Origin: the human T2T-CHM13v2.0 reference genome, Homo sapiens
Reading direction: 5' to 3' (one strand)
Assembly (NCBI RefSeq): GCF_009914755.1
Contig: NC_060933.1
Length of the DNA stretch: 64,000 nucleotides
The notes below the pieces were generated by a model that saw nothing but the letters and a program-made list of their open reading frames with translations, searched no databases and was not told the origin of the DNA. Below, piece after piece: positions 25,331 through 38,544 of the stretch. The stretch's first letter is position 1, and every line of letters starts with the position of its first letter. Position numbers and translations under genes: made by a program.

Positions 25331-25508
25331 GGGCCACATTTGGGAGTTCAGATCTGAGGGGCAGAAGCCTCTGGCTTTGGACAAACAGGGGCAGGTGTCA
25401 CTGGGGTTAGGGGTGGCATAGCACGGGCAGAGGTAGTGTTGATGGGTGAAGAGCAGGTCCCAGCTGGGACTGCTCTCAGGATCTGGGGGTCTCCTTCTTC
25501 TCAAATGG

Positions 25509-25858
25509 TGTCATGGACTAAATTGTGTCACCCCCACATTTATATGTTGAAGTCCTAACCCTCAGTACCTTAGAATGTGACTGTATTTGGAGACTGGGTC
25601 TTTGAGAGGTAATGAAGTTAAAATGAGGTCTTTAGGGTGGGCCCTAATCCAGGGTGACTGATGCCTGTGTAAGAAGAGATTAGGACACAGACGCATCCAG
25701 AGGGAAGGAGGTGTGAAGACACAGAGAGAAGGCTGAGAAGTAACCAACCCTGCCTGACACCTTCATCTTGGACTTCCAGCCCCAGAATTTCGAGAAAATA
25801 AATTGTTTCGGCCACCCAGTGTGTGTTCCTGTGCTCTGTACCCTAACAGACTCACACA
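25509..25858 (+). mobile_element. MLT1A-like (MaLR) solo LTR
   Basis: tgtcatggactaaattgtgtc...tatgttgaagtcctaaccctcagtacc...tgtatttggaga...gggccctaatcca...gacaccttcatcttggacttccagcc. Confidence 0.85.
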
Positions 25859-28170
25859 GGCAGGTTCTTTGCTAAACGTCCTCAGAGCTGGTCTGTAGTG
25901 GAGCTTGCAGAGGCCCCCATCACGATCTGCTGGGAAGACCAAGCAAGGAGAGCAACGTCAACTTTTAAAAATTATCTTCAAATTGTGTGTAATGCACGTG
26001 CACTGAAGAAAAATCAGGACATGTAGATAAATAAATCACTAAGATCACCTGGGGTGCTAAAGGCCTCAGTGGTCTAAAATCATAGCAGCTGTGTCTCCTG
26101 CAGAGCGTGCTTCCTAGTGATGGCCTCCTCCTGTGGGGCTTTGCAGGCCATGCGTCCCTCCCAGAGACAGCTATTGAGGCAGTGGGCTGAGGAGGCCACA
26201 GCAGTGCTCAGTCGGCCAGAAGGGTCCCCTTCCCCACATCACCACACAGCTGGCCAAGAGGCTCCACAGCTATTGGATCTGCGGGGCTGGAAATCCATCT
26301 GCTCCCACCCCCATCTGAAACACGCTCCCCTTCGCTGCCTCCTAAGGAAGATGTCAGCCTCTGCTTGCATTTGCCACCTCCTCTCCTCCTTGAGGAACCC
26401 CATCTGCTAGGAAATGACATGAGCCTAGGCTAGCCCTCACCTTGATCCAGAACCCAAGCTACCCCTTACCTTTGACCTGGTGGCACCCACAGAGCCTCAG
26501 AAGATAGGCTTGGGGAAAAGGCCACAGTGCCTGGTTAACTCAGAGGTAAATGGTTCAGTATCTCCTCCCAACACACCCATTTTCCCATCTGTGGGGCTTT
26601 GTTCACACTGTTACCTGTGCCTGGAATGCCTTCCCTTCCTGCCCTCTCTAAAATTTCCTGTTAAGATTCTGCCCACCCTTCACAGCTCAGCTCAAAAGCC
26701 ATCTCTTCCAGGAAGCCTTCTCTGGCTACCCCTCCCACAACTGAAAGGAACCCCTCCTGAGACCACACCTCCTTGCCTCCTCCAGCTGTAGGTGATACTG
26801 GCCATGTGATGCCTAGAATTAAAATACACACATCACCTGCCCCCAGAGAGCAGGCTCCTGGTTGGTTCATTTCTGCATTCTATCCTCCTCCTGCACCCAG
26901 CACAGAGGAGGTTCTGACTAGAATTTGACCTTGAGGTGTAAAATTTTGACTTCCTTACAGTGGAGAAGACATCCTGGGAAAACTCCCATTTGTCATTTGG
27001 AAAAACTTTTACACAATGCATAACACTTGTTTCTCATAACACTCTTGAGGTAAGTATTATCAGGTTTATACCCATTACACAGCTGAAGAAATCAAGGCTT
27101 CTAGAAGTTAAGAGACTGCTTATATCAGCAAACTGACCATCAAAACCTGGAGCTGAGACTCCCAGGCATGGCTTGCAGGAGGCTTGATCTTTCTGCCCTG
27201 CAGCAGTCTCACTCCCCCAGGGGTTTCTTCCGTCCCCAGCACCCAGCATGGGGCTTGGCTCCCTGGGGAGTTCGAGGAACACCTCCCATGGCAGATCTCA
27301 CTCTTCTGTCTCTGCTCCTCTTTCACTGTCCCTGAGTGCGGAGGGGCTGCTGGAGGCTGCCTGAGGCTGTCAGGGTTGGTACTTCCACCTCCATACCTGG
27401 AGGCCTTGCCCACTGCCTCCATTCTGCTGTCACGTGGGGGCTGCACATGCCCTGCTTACTGCAGAGACTGGTGCCCTGTTTCTGGGGAGGGCAGGTCTGA
27501 GGCTTCTGTCCCCAGAAAACCAAGGATAGAGCCACAGTGTCAGGAAACGAAGCAGCTGCCCTGCCTCACCAGTTCATAGGTTTGGGGTCCGATTTCAGTT
27601 AAAAAAACATGCCTACTTCTCTTTGAAGTTTGTGCTGTAAGTCAGGAGCACTGAGAAGGGAGGAGCCAGGCCAGCACTCTGCCATGGCTCACCCTCTCTC
27701 CCTCAGGAATCACCTTCGCCACCATCCATTGCAGAAATGAATGGAGGCCGTGCAGCTGCTTTATTAAATATGAATGAGTTGCTGTCCACGGCCCCCACGC
27801 GGTCACTCGCCCACTCCATCTCTGGCAATTACTGAGTTGCACACTGTGCCAACGGGCGCAGCGGTCCCTGCCTGCCCTTGCACACTCTGACATCGCCCGG
27901 CAGGGGCAGAGCTCAAGTCTGCAGCTGCCCTACCCGCTGATGAAAAGCCACCTCTGGGCTCCTTTGCACCTGAAATTTTCAGTTCCAAAGGCTTAAGGAC
28001 AGGACAGAAGGATTGTGGACTCTTGCTCTCCGAGGTCTGACTGGATATGGCCTGTGGCTTTGGGGCCCAGAGGCGAGGTCTCCTGGTGTGAATGGCTTCT
28101 GAGTTCTGTCTGGATCCAGGCATTTTAGGTTCCAGGAGGCTCGACAGGATCAAAGTGAAAAGCACATATG

Positions 28171-28468
28171 GGATGGGGGCGGTGGCTCATGCCTGTAATT
28201 CCAGCACTTTGGGGGTGCTGACGCAGGAGGAAGGCTTAAGGCCAGGAGTTTGAAATCAGCCTGGGCAACATAGTGAGAGCCTGTTTCTACAAAAAGTTTT
28301 AAAAAATTAGCTGATAATATGTTAGTTTGTAAGTAGGGAAAAATTATTTTAAAAACTAGCTGGGCTTGGTGGTGAACGCCTGTAGTCCTAGCTACTTGAG
28401 AGGCTGAGGCAAGAGGGTGGCTTGAACCCAGGAATTCAAGGTTGCAGTGAGCTATGATTGTGCCACTG
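28171..28468 (+). mobile_element. AluJ-type element, expanded linker, 3'-truncated
   Basis: Two Alu arms with J diagnostics (ctgggcaacatagtgag, gcagtgagctatgattg); no poly-A tail. Confidence 0.85.
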
Positions 28469-28809
28469 ATAGCAGAGTCCTGGTTGGCCCTGTTCACTTC
28501 TGTGTCCCCAGTGCTGGGGACAGAATAGATGCTCAATCAGTGTGTGCTGAATGAATGAATTAGGTGGGAATTACCATTTGGGAACTGAAGAAGTAGACAT
28601 TAAATCACAGCTAGGAGTCAAATCCAGAGTGGTGGCTCACCCATGACTCAACCTGCCAAGCCTGGGGACATCTCAAGGGTGGATTCTGTGCCTGCTGTCC
28701 CCTGCCCAGGGCACAGCCCAATTCTGCAACATGGGTTTGTTTTGACAAAACAATCAAATCCATGCATGACTACGGTACAGTCAAAGTTGTCAAAGGTCAT
28801 CCTCAAACT

Positions 28810-28864
28810 AGTAAAAACAAACAAGATCAAATTCTTTTTCTGAACTTAAAAAATTACTTTTATT
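28810..28864 (-). terminator. PAX5: PAX5 distal polyadenylation site
   Basis: AATAAA at 28859-28864 on the minus strand, U/GU-rich element downstream (ttgatcttgtttgtttttact), UGUA motifs upstream; cleavage inferred near 28840, consistent with a ~7.4 kb last exon. Confidence 0.8.
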
Positions 28865-29980
28865 TTAGGAACCAATAAAATTATGGCAAATATTTACAAA
28901 TAATTATCTCACATAAAGGTTACATAAAATCAATTCTTCACAAGTAACAGCCACTCATGAAAAGACACACAGATATTGAAACTACGCCAATCTTATTGCA
29001 TGTTTCTCCAACTAATCTAAAATAAAGGTGTTGCAGTCAACCATTTAACTTAAAAGGAAGCCACAAATTTCAGGTTTGACAAGGAAAAAAAAGTAAAAAA
29101 AAAATTAAACCAAAACCCCACCCCTGTTTTCTCCCAAGTCCCACCCCTAGCCCTGCCCTCCTCCCCAAAAAAGAAAAATATGTCCAACATCTTTGGCAAA
29201 TTGGCACTGCTGTAATTACATTCAAATATTATTACACACAAAAGCAACACACGTCACTAAGAAAAAAACCACCAATATTTCAAGTCAGTTATTTTCTACT
29301 AGAAAAAAAGAATACAAAACATACACATTTTTTAAGAAGCATTTTTTTTTTTCAATCCGTTGGAGACAGATCATCTCCCACTTTCAAAGGCAATTCAATT
29401 GTGGTTTTTGTTGTTGGTTTTTTTGTATTTTTTTGTATTTTTTTTTTTTTTACAAGTAAGCGTCTATGCAGGCATCACAAACTTTGGCGGATACAGTAGA
29501 TATGTATTTCTTTGATGCTGAAAGGTCAGTCCCTAAGACAAAATCAAATGTCTCAAAGAATTAAAAGCAAAATGCATGTGTCTTCCTGGCAAAGGTTTCC
29601 ATTTGCAATGTAATCTGCATTTCTACAAATACTCAATGTCCAAGGCCACTAGAGGGTGAAAAACCAGGGCAGCGTCTTCCAGCAGGAGTCAGGGCAAACC
29701 CAGAGCCAAAACTCCATCCTCAGCCCAACCTTGGAGGCCCAGCAGCTGGGGCTGAGAAGTGGGGCCCAGGCAACGCCAGGCCCTCACTGCCCGCCACCCT
29801 CTGTTGTGCTGGGTGCTTGGGGCCAGGGGATGGGCCTGCCTCTTCCTGAGCCCCGGGACAGGCTGCTGCCGGGTCTGCTCACCTTCTCTGACCCAAGTCG
29901 AAGACAGCAGGCAAGAATTGGCATGGGGAGACTCAGTGCTGTTTCTGAGTTTCAAGTATGTCTGAGGTGTAGGGGAGTGA

Positions 29981-30026
<46 letters not shown>

Positions 30027-33000
30027 ACATGCTCGTGCACCTTATGGAGGGGAAGGCCAGATTCTGAGGCTCTGAACTTTTTGCAGTGTTTAAAATAGAC
30101 TCAGGATTTATTTATTTTCTTTTTAGCTTTATAGCAATTAATTGGCTATTGATTGGTTGGAATGTTCAACTCTCCATTTCCTCAAATACAATAAAATAGT
30201 TTCATTAAAATGTATTCATGCTTGAAAAGAAGGGCGCCATTAAATGGTTTCCTTTCTGTTCCACTCCAAGGGAAATGCGCCGTTTGTAAATCAAAAATCC
30301 ATCATCCAAAATCACTTGTTCTTAATGATGCTTTTGGAGAAGATGAGGGACGTGGCCACAGGCATGGTGATTTTGGGGACAAGGGCGACCAGCGGCCATA
30401 GCCACAGGGTCACAGGGTGGGGGGCGGGGGTCAGGGCAGGTGAGGCTGGTGTGGCCTCCTCCTGCCAGGCCTCAGAGTCGGGGAGGAGATGCATGACTGC
30501 CAAGTCACCCCCACCCTGCTGTTTCACCTGCTTCCCTCCCTGGGCCCCGATCAGCCACCGGAAGCTGATGGGTGGGTGGGTTTGTGCCTCTGTCTCTCCT
30601 GCCACAGGCCAAGTACCCTACCTGAGACGACTCCTTTGAGGCTTTGCTGATTGTCCCTCAGTAGATATTAATAGGTAAGCAGCTGCATTTTCTCCTTGTG
30701 TTGCTCAGGGGTCTAAGATGTGGGAACAAGAATTTCTGGGCTTTCTGAATGGTGGCTACGTTTACCCATCTTGGAGATGAGCTAAAGGGGACCCCTTGGA
30801 TTGAAACTCTAGAATGGCAGTGACATGATTCTGAGGTTCCCTTCAATCCTGGGGTGCCCAGGAACGGAGCCTCAGTGCTGAGGAATTACCAGAAAAGGAA
30901 AGACAGGCTGGTGCCTGCCTGCTCCTGGCCGGCAGCTCATTTCAGAGAAGCTGTTGCCTCATCAGGGGAGCAGGCAGGCAAGGGGCTCACAGCCTGGCCT
31001 CTGCAGAGGCCCTTGGGACCTGGCGCCACACGAGGTGCAGCCGAGCTGACAGTGGGGAAGTGCACATCAGCACTGTGGTTCCCCCATGAATATGCAAGAG
31101 GGAACCCTGAGGTTTGGGGCAACAGGGGCAAGGGGCTGAAGGGGCTGCTGGGAGGTGGGGCACGCCGTGGGCTAGGAGTCGTGGCCTGACTGTCCAACTT
31201 TCCAATAATGCATTTTATTACCTTTTAAGAAATGTACTTGCCTCGGACCTCTCCGAGGCCAAAAGAACGAAAGAAATAGTTTCCCCAGGAGAGCTGGTGT
31301 GTGGCTGGGAACCATCAGAGCAGCCTCTCGATGGGTGACAAGGCCAAGACTGCAGAACTGGCCTCGTAGTGGGGCCACCGTGGAGCCGGTCTAGCTCAGA
31401 GCCCTGTGGGATCCACCCATGCCTGCCTGGGCCTGGCCTGGCCGTGGGGCAGGAGTTGGTTTCCACCCTCCCGGGAAGCTGTATCTTAGACTCCCCTCCT
31501 GGGAAGCTGTATTTCAGACTCATCGTGTTTCTAGGGCTGTGTCAGGGTGCTTGGTTGGTTTTTAAGATTTGCTTCCCTGGCTTGGAGCTCAATTCTGGCT
31601 GAATGTCATGAGGAGGGGGTGGCTGGAGCCACTGGCTGCCAAGGCTGGGCAGTCGTTCTGGAGCGTGACTTCTGGTAAATGGATTTCACCCCTCAGTGCC
31701 CTGTGGCCACATCTGAGTCTCTTCCCTGCACATGTGAAAGGTGCCCAAGCAGCACTGACCTCCCCTGAAAACCCAGCAGCTCCCCAATCCCGTCCCCAGC
31801 GCCTCTGACCTTCCACCCAACTCCATCTTCAAAGCGCAAGGCTTGCAAGAGCCCAAGATGAGGCCTGGGAGAGTGGCAGGCTCTGGGCGTGCCCGTTTCT
31901 ACCCCTGCCTTGCTGGACACCCTGAAGCACATCTCTCACCTCTCTGGGCTCCCATCTCCTCCAAATCTGCAACAAAGGACAGGAGGTGAATGAGAAAGGG
32001 GGCAATTGACAGGCATTGGGGCTCACAGGCTGGTGCCCAGTGGGTCAAGTTTGGCCCATGGACATTTTTCTTTAGGCCGACAGAAAATTTTACAAGTTTT
32101 CATACTTGAATGCCACTCAGGGGGGCAGGCACACTTCTGGGCATCTCGGGCACTGCTGCACCGTACTGTCTGGTGCGCTGCCCGAGTGGCAAGGCTACAC
32201 CACCCCGTTCACCCAGGAAGCAGTTCATTCAGGGGACTTGAGATTGTGATCTGTGTTTCCAGGGGCTGTGGACACCCTGGTGGCCCTGGCTTGGGCACTC
32301 CTGCATACTGTCACAGCCAGGCCTGGAGCCTGTTCCAAAGTGGGAAGGCAAAGAAAGGGAAGTGGGGGACAGCACATGACCCTGGCACCTGGACCCCTGG
32401 AGTCAGGGCTGGACCCATGTCCAGGCCTGGTCAGGGATTATGGCATGGCCTTGAATTGACTCTGATACCCTCTGAACCTCAGGGACAGCTGGGAAAGAGT
32501 CTGGATGAAACCTCAGAAGCACTGTTGTGGATTTGGTCAAAGACTCCGCAGGTTTCAATGTTCTTAGGAAACAAAGCCGCCAACCTGCAGGCCCCTAGGT
32601 CAGGCCAGCCTCTGGGTCCCTGTTCTTTCTTGCCTGATTGTGGGTCTGGGGGATTTCTAGGGAATGGGGGTGGGGGAGTGTCTTTAAGCCATACACTCCC
32701 ATGACAGGAGCACAACTCGGTGGAGAGAGAATGGGGCCTGGAGATCTGAGAATTCACTTCGCCTCTATGTTGCCGTGAGAGCCCCAAATGTCAATTTCCC
32801 CGTCTATAAAGTAGGCATCATGCTCTTTGCTCCACAGAGTGGTTGAGGATTGCAAAGCACCGTACAATGTCAGTTATGGAAGGGCTAGCCTTAACTAAGG
32901 TGCCTTGGGAAAGGGATGTTGGGTTTGATATATCATCCAATTTTTCTAGGTTGGAGCTAGACTGATGGTATGAGAAATTTTCATAAAATCCACAATGTCC

Positions 33001-36000
33001 TTTTCCAAAAGTCAGAGCTCGAACACAGGGAAGAAGGCCCATGGAGAAATGCCCCAGGCCTTCTGCCACGATGCTGGTGAGGCCCCGGACTTGTGTTTTC
33101 CATTCAGAATTCTCTGGCATCTACTCAACGGCTTGTGTCCTTTGGAGCCATCCTCACCAAGCTCCCAGGCAGCTCCGCTGGACCACGAGGTGCTGTGAAT
33201 TGGTGAGAGCGGGCGTGTGTGTGTGAGAACATCCGTGTGCATCCATGTGCGCTTGTGCTTCCGCCTGGCAGCCCAGGAGTCAAGTGGTTGTCTCACAAAT
33301 ACAAAACCAATCTGAGGACCAGCAAAGCCTCAGGTGAGGGAGGAAAGGTATGGGGGGAGCTCATTACAGGGCAAGAAGAGGAACAGGATGGGGAGAGGGG
33401 GCCGCTGTGAGCCAGGTGGGCTTTGCCGAGGAAGGATGCTGCATGCCTCAGGCAGCTGGTTCAGGGGAGGCTGACCTCCTCCCAACAGCCTGGAACCACA
33501 AGGAGGGCAGGATCCAAAGATGTGGGTACACATCATTCCAAAAGAAGGGTGACAGGGGGCAGAGGCTCAAGAAGTCTGTGCTGAAGACCCCTGACCCCAC
33601 CACTTCCTGCTAAATGGAGGGAGGCAGGGAGAGAGATGCCAGGTAACATACCTTCTCCTACCTTACCTGACAGGTGGAAGCTGCAGCCAGCTCACCCTGG
33701 CTCCTGGAGGTGGACTCTGGCCCCAACTACCTCCCTTCTTTGCCCCGCAGGTTCTGGGTGGGGGCGGGGGTGCATGTGCCTGCTGTGAGCTCGCTGGGCT
33801 CCATCCCTGGCCTGGGTGACCAGGCTTCCTTGGCAGTTCTTACAGACTGATTGTCTAGGGCATGGGGCCCAGAACCATCTCTCACTGCTCTTACTGTCAA
33901 CTCTCCTCAGGAATAGGAGATGTGGATAGACCAGGGTGACAGGGAACACCATGGGTTGGGGGTCAGGAGCCCGAGTCCCAGCCCCACCCCCACCAGTCAC
34001 TGCTTGAGGACTCCACCTTGCTGAGCCTTAGTTTTCTCTTCTGTTCCACCACCCTGTGGGGGACTTAGGGAACAAAATACTTAGCGGTGGCCAGAGGAAG
34101 TCTGCTTTTTCTCCCTGCATGGTCCTGGCCTTCCCCAAGCTGGGCCTCAGTTTCCCACAAGGGAAGTTGGGCTAGGTCTTTTTCCAGGCTCTTCTGATTC
34201 CCGCCCCTCCGAGTGTTCTTGTTTCCCACTTGGTCCAAATATTATTGGGCCTCAGGTGCCCACCCCCATCTGCTTGCTTGGAAGTGGAGGGCCTGCCCCA
34301 GATGATCCTCTCACAGCCCCGGCTCCCTGGAGAGAGGAGGGGAAGGAAAGAGCTGTGGGGTGGCCCTACAGATGACCCTGCTGCACCAAGGCAGCCAAGG
34401 CTCAAAGAGGTGCAGGGTTTTGTCTGAGGTCCCACAGCAAAGACATGTGGCCAGGACCAGGACAAGACCTGCCTGGCCTGCTGATCCCAAGTCCAGTCTC
34501 TCTCTGCCCTGGCTCTCTGCCATCCTGGTGACATACAGATATGGGGGACATTGTCACCTAAGAAGGCCAAGCCCCCTCTCATCACTGTCATTCAGCCCAG
34601 GTTTGGACAAGGGCTCTACCTGGCTGTTCTGACTTGACAAGAGAGACTATGCAAGGAATTAAGGCCCCAGGTAAAGAGATGATGGCACCTGGCACCCCCA
34701 TGTCAAAATCACTCCCAGGTCACACAGCAGCTCCTCACTGCTCTCCTGCCCCTCCCTCAGGAGGCCTTCCTCTGTCCCCCAGATCTTCCCTGCTGGCTTC
34801 CTCTGACCACCCTAGCCCACAGTGAGTTCTCCAAGCTCCCTCTCCAAGTTCCCGTGGCCCTTGGCCGTGGCCCTGACCATCGCGGCCCCTTAGATCAACA
34901 GGTGGGCATGCATTGTGCGAAATTAGGCATCTGCCCCAGCCCCAGCACCTCCATGCCCAGCTGCCTGCTAAGCTCCACGAGGACGGGGAGGGTCTGCCCC
35001 GAGAGGATGCTCAGAAGTTCTGGCTGTAGGCTGTTTGTGATCTGGGTGTGGGGGAAAGTCCTCTGTGTTAATTATTGTCTACATCACCGGAACAGGCTTG
35101 CCCAGAATCCACTTGCTGGGGTCCTGGAGGGTGGGTGAAGTGTCCATGGCAGGTGTCCGAAGTGACCTGAACCTGGGCATGCCTCAGAAAACACCGTTCC
35201 AGGGGCTGAGGGAGTAGGGAGAGCCTCAGGCCCCTCCTTGGCTGGGATCAGATGATCTCCTGCGTCCCATCCAGCCCTCACATTCAAAGTCCACAATGTA
35301 ATCAATACCTCGGATGACATTCTGCTTCGGAAAAGTAGCTGAGGAATCTCCCAGACAGTTTTCTTTGAGTTCTTTGATCTGGAAAAGAGCTGCTGATACT
35401 GCATCGGTCCCAGAGAAATGGAGGCAGGAAACCAGGACATCTCCCCAAAGTGTGCTCCTCTTGGAGAGGGGCCTCAGGGGGAGCCTGCAGCACAACCAGC
35501 CCAGTGAGACTCCTCGTAAAGATACTAAAGAAGGAGGGATGAGCAGGAGGCTGGGGCCCAAGGGCAGCATCCTCCATCTTGAGGACAGCTCTGAGCGCAC
35601 CTGCCAGGGTCACCCAGGGCAGAGAGGATGCTCTGCCATAGGTCTAAGATGTCCGGTGATGCACCAAGAGTGCGAGATGCATCATGGGTGGAGCAGTCTT
35701 CTCAGTCGGACCTTCAGGCCCACAGAAAAGCAAGAAGGTATTTACATGGGTGCTGCTGAAGCAACAAAAGCAAGCTCTCCTTCCCAGGCTGGGGTGGTTA
35801 TGATGGATGGATAGTCAGACAGCTGGAGGACAGGCAGGCTGGGCTGGGGCTGCGGTTATTTGCAGGACAGTCTATTGGTTTGCAGAGACCCAGTGGCCAT
35901 CGGGAGAAGCTCATAGATTGGCTTTTAGAAATAGACAAGCATCCAGAAGTCCAACGGCCCCACCAAAGGGCCCCAGAGTCCCTGGAGGAAGAGAGGAAGA

Positions 36001-36130
36001 GGGGAGCTTCAGGCAAGTGGGGGATGCTGGGGGACGGTCTCATGGGCTCTCTGGCTATCTTCAGGAGGGCTGGGTGGCTGTCACCCTCAATAGGTGCCAT
36101 CAGTGTTTGGTGCCCGCCTGGCTCCAAGGG
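28840..36130 (-). other. PAX5: PAX5 long 3' UTR (exon 10 non-coding part)
   Basis: Runs from the stop codon to the poly(A) signal; Alu-free; AU-rich distal end; 3' boundary inferred. Confidence 0.8.
29985..30024. repeat. (GT)20 microsatellite, read as (CA)20 in PAX5 mRNA
   Basis: Seen directly. Confidence 0.97.
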
Positions 36131-36235
<105 letters not shown>

Positions 36236-36454
36236 TCAGATCCGGGGTCCCCTTTCCACCAGTCTCCTCCACTTCTGTCCTTTCCTCCCCTCACTCAGTC
36301 CGGGCCACCATCCTCTCTCACCAAGATCTCTGTCCCAGTCTGTTCCCCAGATGGCAAGTCCCATCAGGGCCACAACCTGCTCATAAGATTTCGAGGCTCT
36401 TCGCCATCTAGAGCTGGGGTCCGGAGCCTGGGGCCCTTGGGTCCAATCCTCCCA

Positions 36455-36640
36455 GCTGCCCGTTTTAGTGAATAACATTTTACTGGAACACAGTCTTGCC
36501 TATGAATGCAGGCATTGCCCATTACTGCTTTACTGCTATTACGACAGAGTTGGATAGTTGCAACAGAGACACTGTGGCCTGCAAAGCCTAAAATATTTAC
36601 TCTCTGGCTCTTTATAGAAATCATTTGCCAACCCCTGACC
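36455..36640. mobile_element. MER58A-like DNA transposon
   Basis: ttttactggaacacag...gacagagttggatagttgcaacagagac...ggcctgcaaagcctaaaatatttact...tttgccaacccctg. Confidence 0.8.
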
Positions 36641-38544
36641 TAGAAGATAAAAACATGAAAAGCATTCCCTTTGTTTGGCCTGCAGGTGCTCTGTGAGCTA
36701 TCCCCAGCCAGCATCTCTGAATTCATTTCCCTCAGGGAAGGCCCCTCCTGCCCACACTCATATATCATGCTTAAGCTGGATGAAACTCCTTGCAGCTGTC
36801 TCATACATACACAATGCGAACAGATGAGCACATCCTCTGTGCCTGGCCCTGCTAGGGCCTGTGCATGTATTATCTCATTTAAACCTATGGGGTAGGCACA
36901 GTTTAGCTCATGCTAGCATACTCTCCTGCCTCTGTGCCTTTCCCCACAATGTGCTTCCTGCCTGGAACTCTTGGCCTGCACCCTCACCCCTTTTCCCATC
37001 TGTTAAACTTCTATGCCTCTTTCAAATCTCAGAGCCCTGTCTCCTCCTCTGGGAAGCCCCCTGCCCTGAGCTCACACTCCCCTGTAGTCTGTCCCTATGC
37101 TATGGGAAAGACTTCTTTCTGCACTTCCCCCATCCCCAGATGGAGAGCCCCCAAAAGGCAGAAGCTGGGTTCTGCTCTTCCTGGGAGTCTGTCCCCAGTT
37201 CCAGCCTGGAGCCATATGTGGCACCTGCTTAGCTGGATTGGACATGTAAATGAACCAACTTTGCTGAGTGAGCAAACAATAGCGAAGACACCCCCTGCCC
37301 ATTCATTCATTAACTCATTCATTCACCACTCATTTCCTGACCCTGCTGGGGGCAGGGCTGGGCAATAATGGGGCAAACGCCAGCCTGACACAGGTTAATA
37401 TTCAGAGCAGGAAGGGGATCCAAGGTCAGAAAGAAGCTCTGGAGAGTGCAAGATGGTTCTAGCAAGTTGGCTTTTGGATTAGGGAGAGTCGACCTGTACC
37501 ATAACTGGGGGCTGAGTCCTGGAGTCTGCCAGAGTAGGGGTGACACTTTGGGATGCACCACCTCTCCTCCTCATTCAGCCCTGATGAGCCGATGTGCTGC
37601 TCCCTCCCCATCCCCCCAAGGAGGCAGTATGGCAGTGGAGGGGCTAGTACCTTGCTGTGCTGTTCCAGACAGCACAAACACCAACCCCGTGCCTAAGTAT
37701 TCCCTGAGATGGGTTTTCTTCTGCCGCCTCTTCTGTCACCTCCCTGGCTGCAGTCCCGACTCAGAGACCCCTGTCAGCCTTCCTCTATTCTCTCTTCTGA
37801 GGGATGGGGACAGCCACCCATGGAGTGTCTGCAGTGCCTGCCCTTCACCCTGCCTGCAGGTGAGCCCAGAGGAAGGCGGGTGTGTGTGCATGAGAGGGGC
37901 ATGGCACGAAGGCAGGGTAATCACAGGGTCTGCCCTACACACGGGCCCCAGAGGACAGGAAACGGAAGTAGAGTCTTCTCCTTGGAGGATCCCTGGCTTG
38001 ACCCTCCAAGCCCTCAACCCCAGCCACCTCTCACCCTGGACTCTGACCCACTCCCTCCCAAAGCCAGGCTAGACCCTCCAGCGGGCCTCCGTGTGAAAGC
38101 TTGCATTTACTGTGAAAAATGAAAACATCACCTCACAAAGCACTCTGTCTTCCTGGCGCCCATTAAACCTCCATCTAGAATAAACTTGTCCTTTCTTCTG
38201 TCATTTTTCCTCTCTAATTCACATTATGGTCAATTTACTGCTTGACACAGTCATTCCCGGTTCTGCTTTCTCTCTAATCCCTTCACATCGGCCACAGGCA
38301 CTCCTATTCTAATCCTAATTGACCGCAGCCGGCCTTTCTTCCTGCCGGGACCGCAGCCCCCTTGCCACCCTGGGGCCCTGGTGGGATGCTGAGTCACAGT
38401 TGCCCTGGCTGAGGGACATCCTCCCGAGAAGTCAAAGTGCCCCAGTCCTTCTGCTTCATCTCCTGGCATCGCTGATCCTCACCTTGGCCATTCCTGGGAA
38501 GGAGGCTTCAGCCAGGTTGGACGAGGTGTGGGCAGCACATGCGA

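Noticed and set aside
32006-32704. 232-aa plus-strand ORF antisense to the PAX5 3' UTR
   Set aside because: Non-ATG start, overlaps a probable MER-type remnant, no recognisable protein features; expected by chance in GC-rich DNA.
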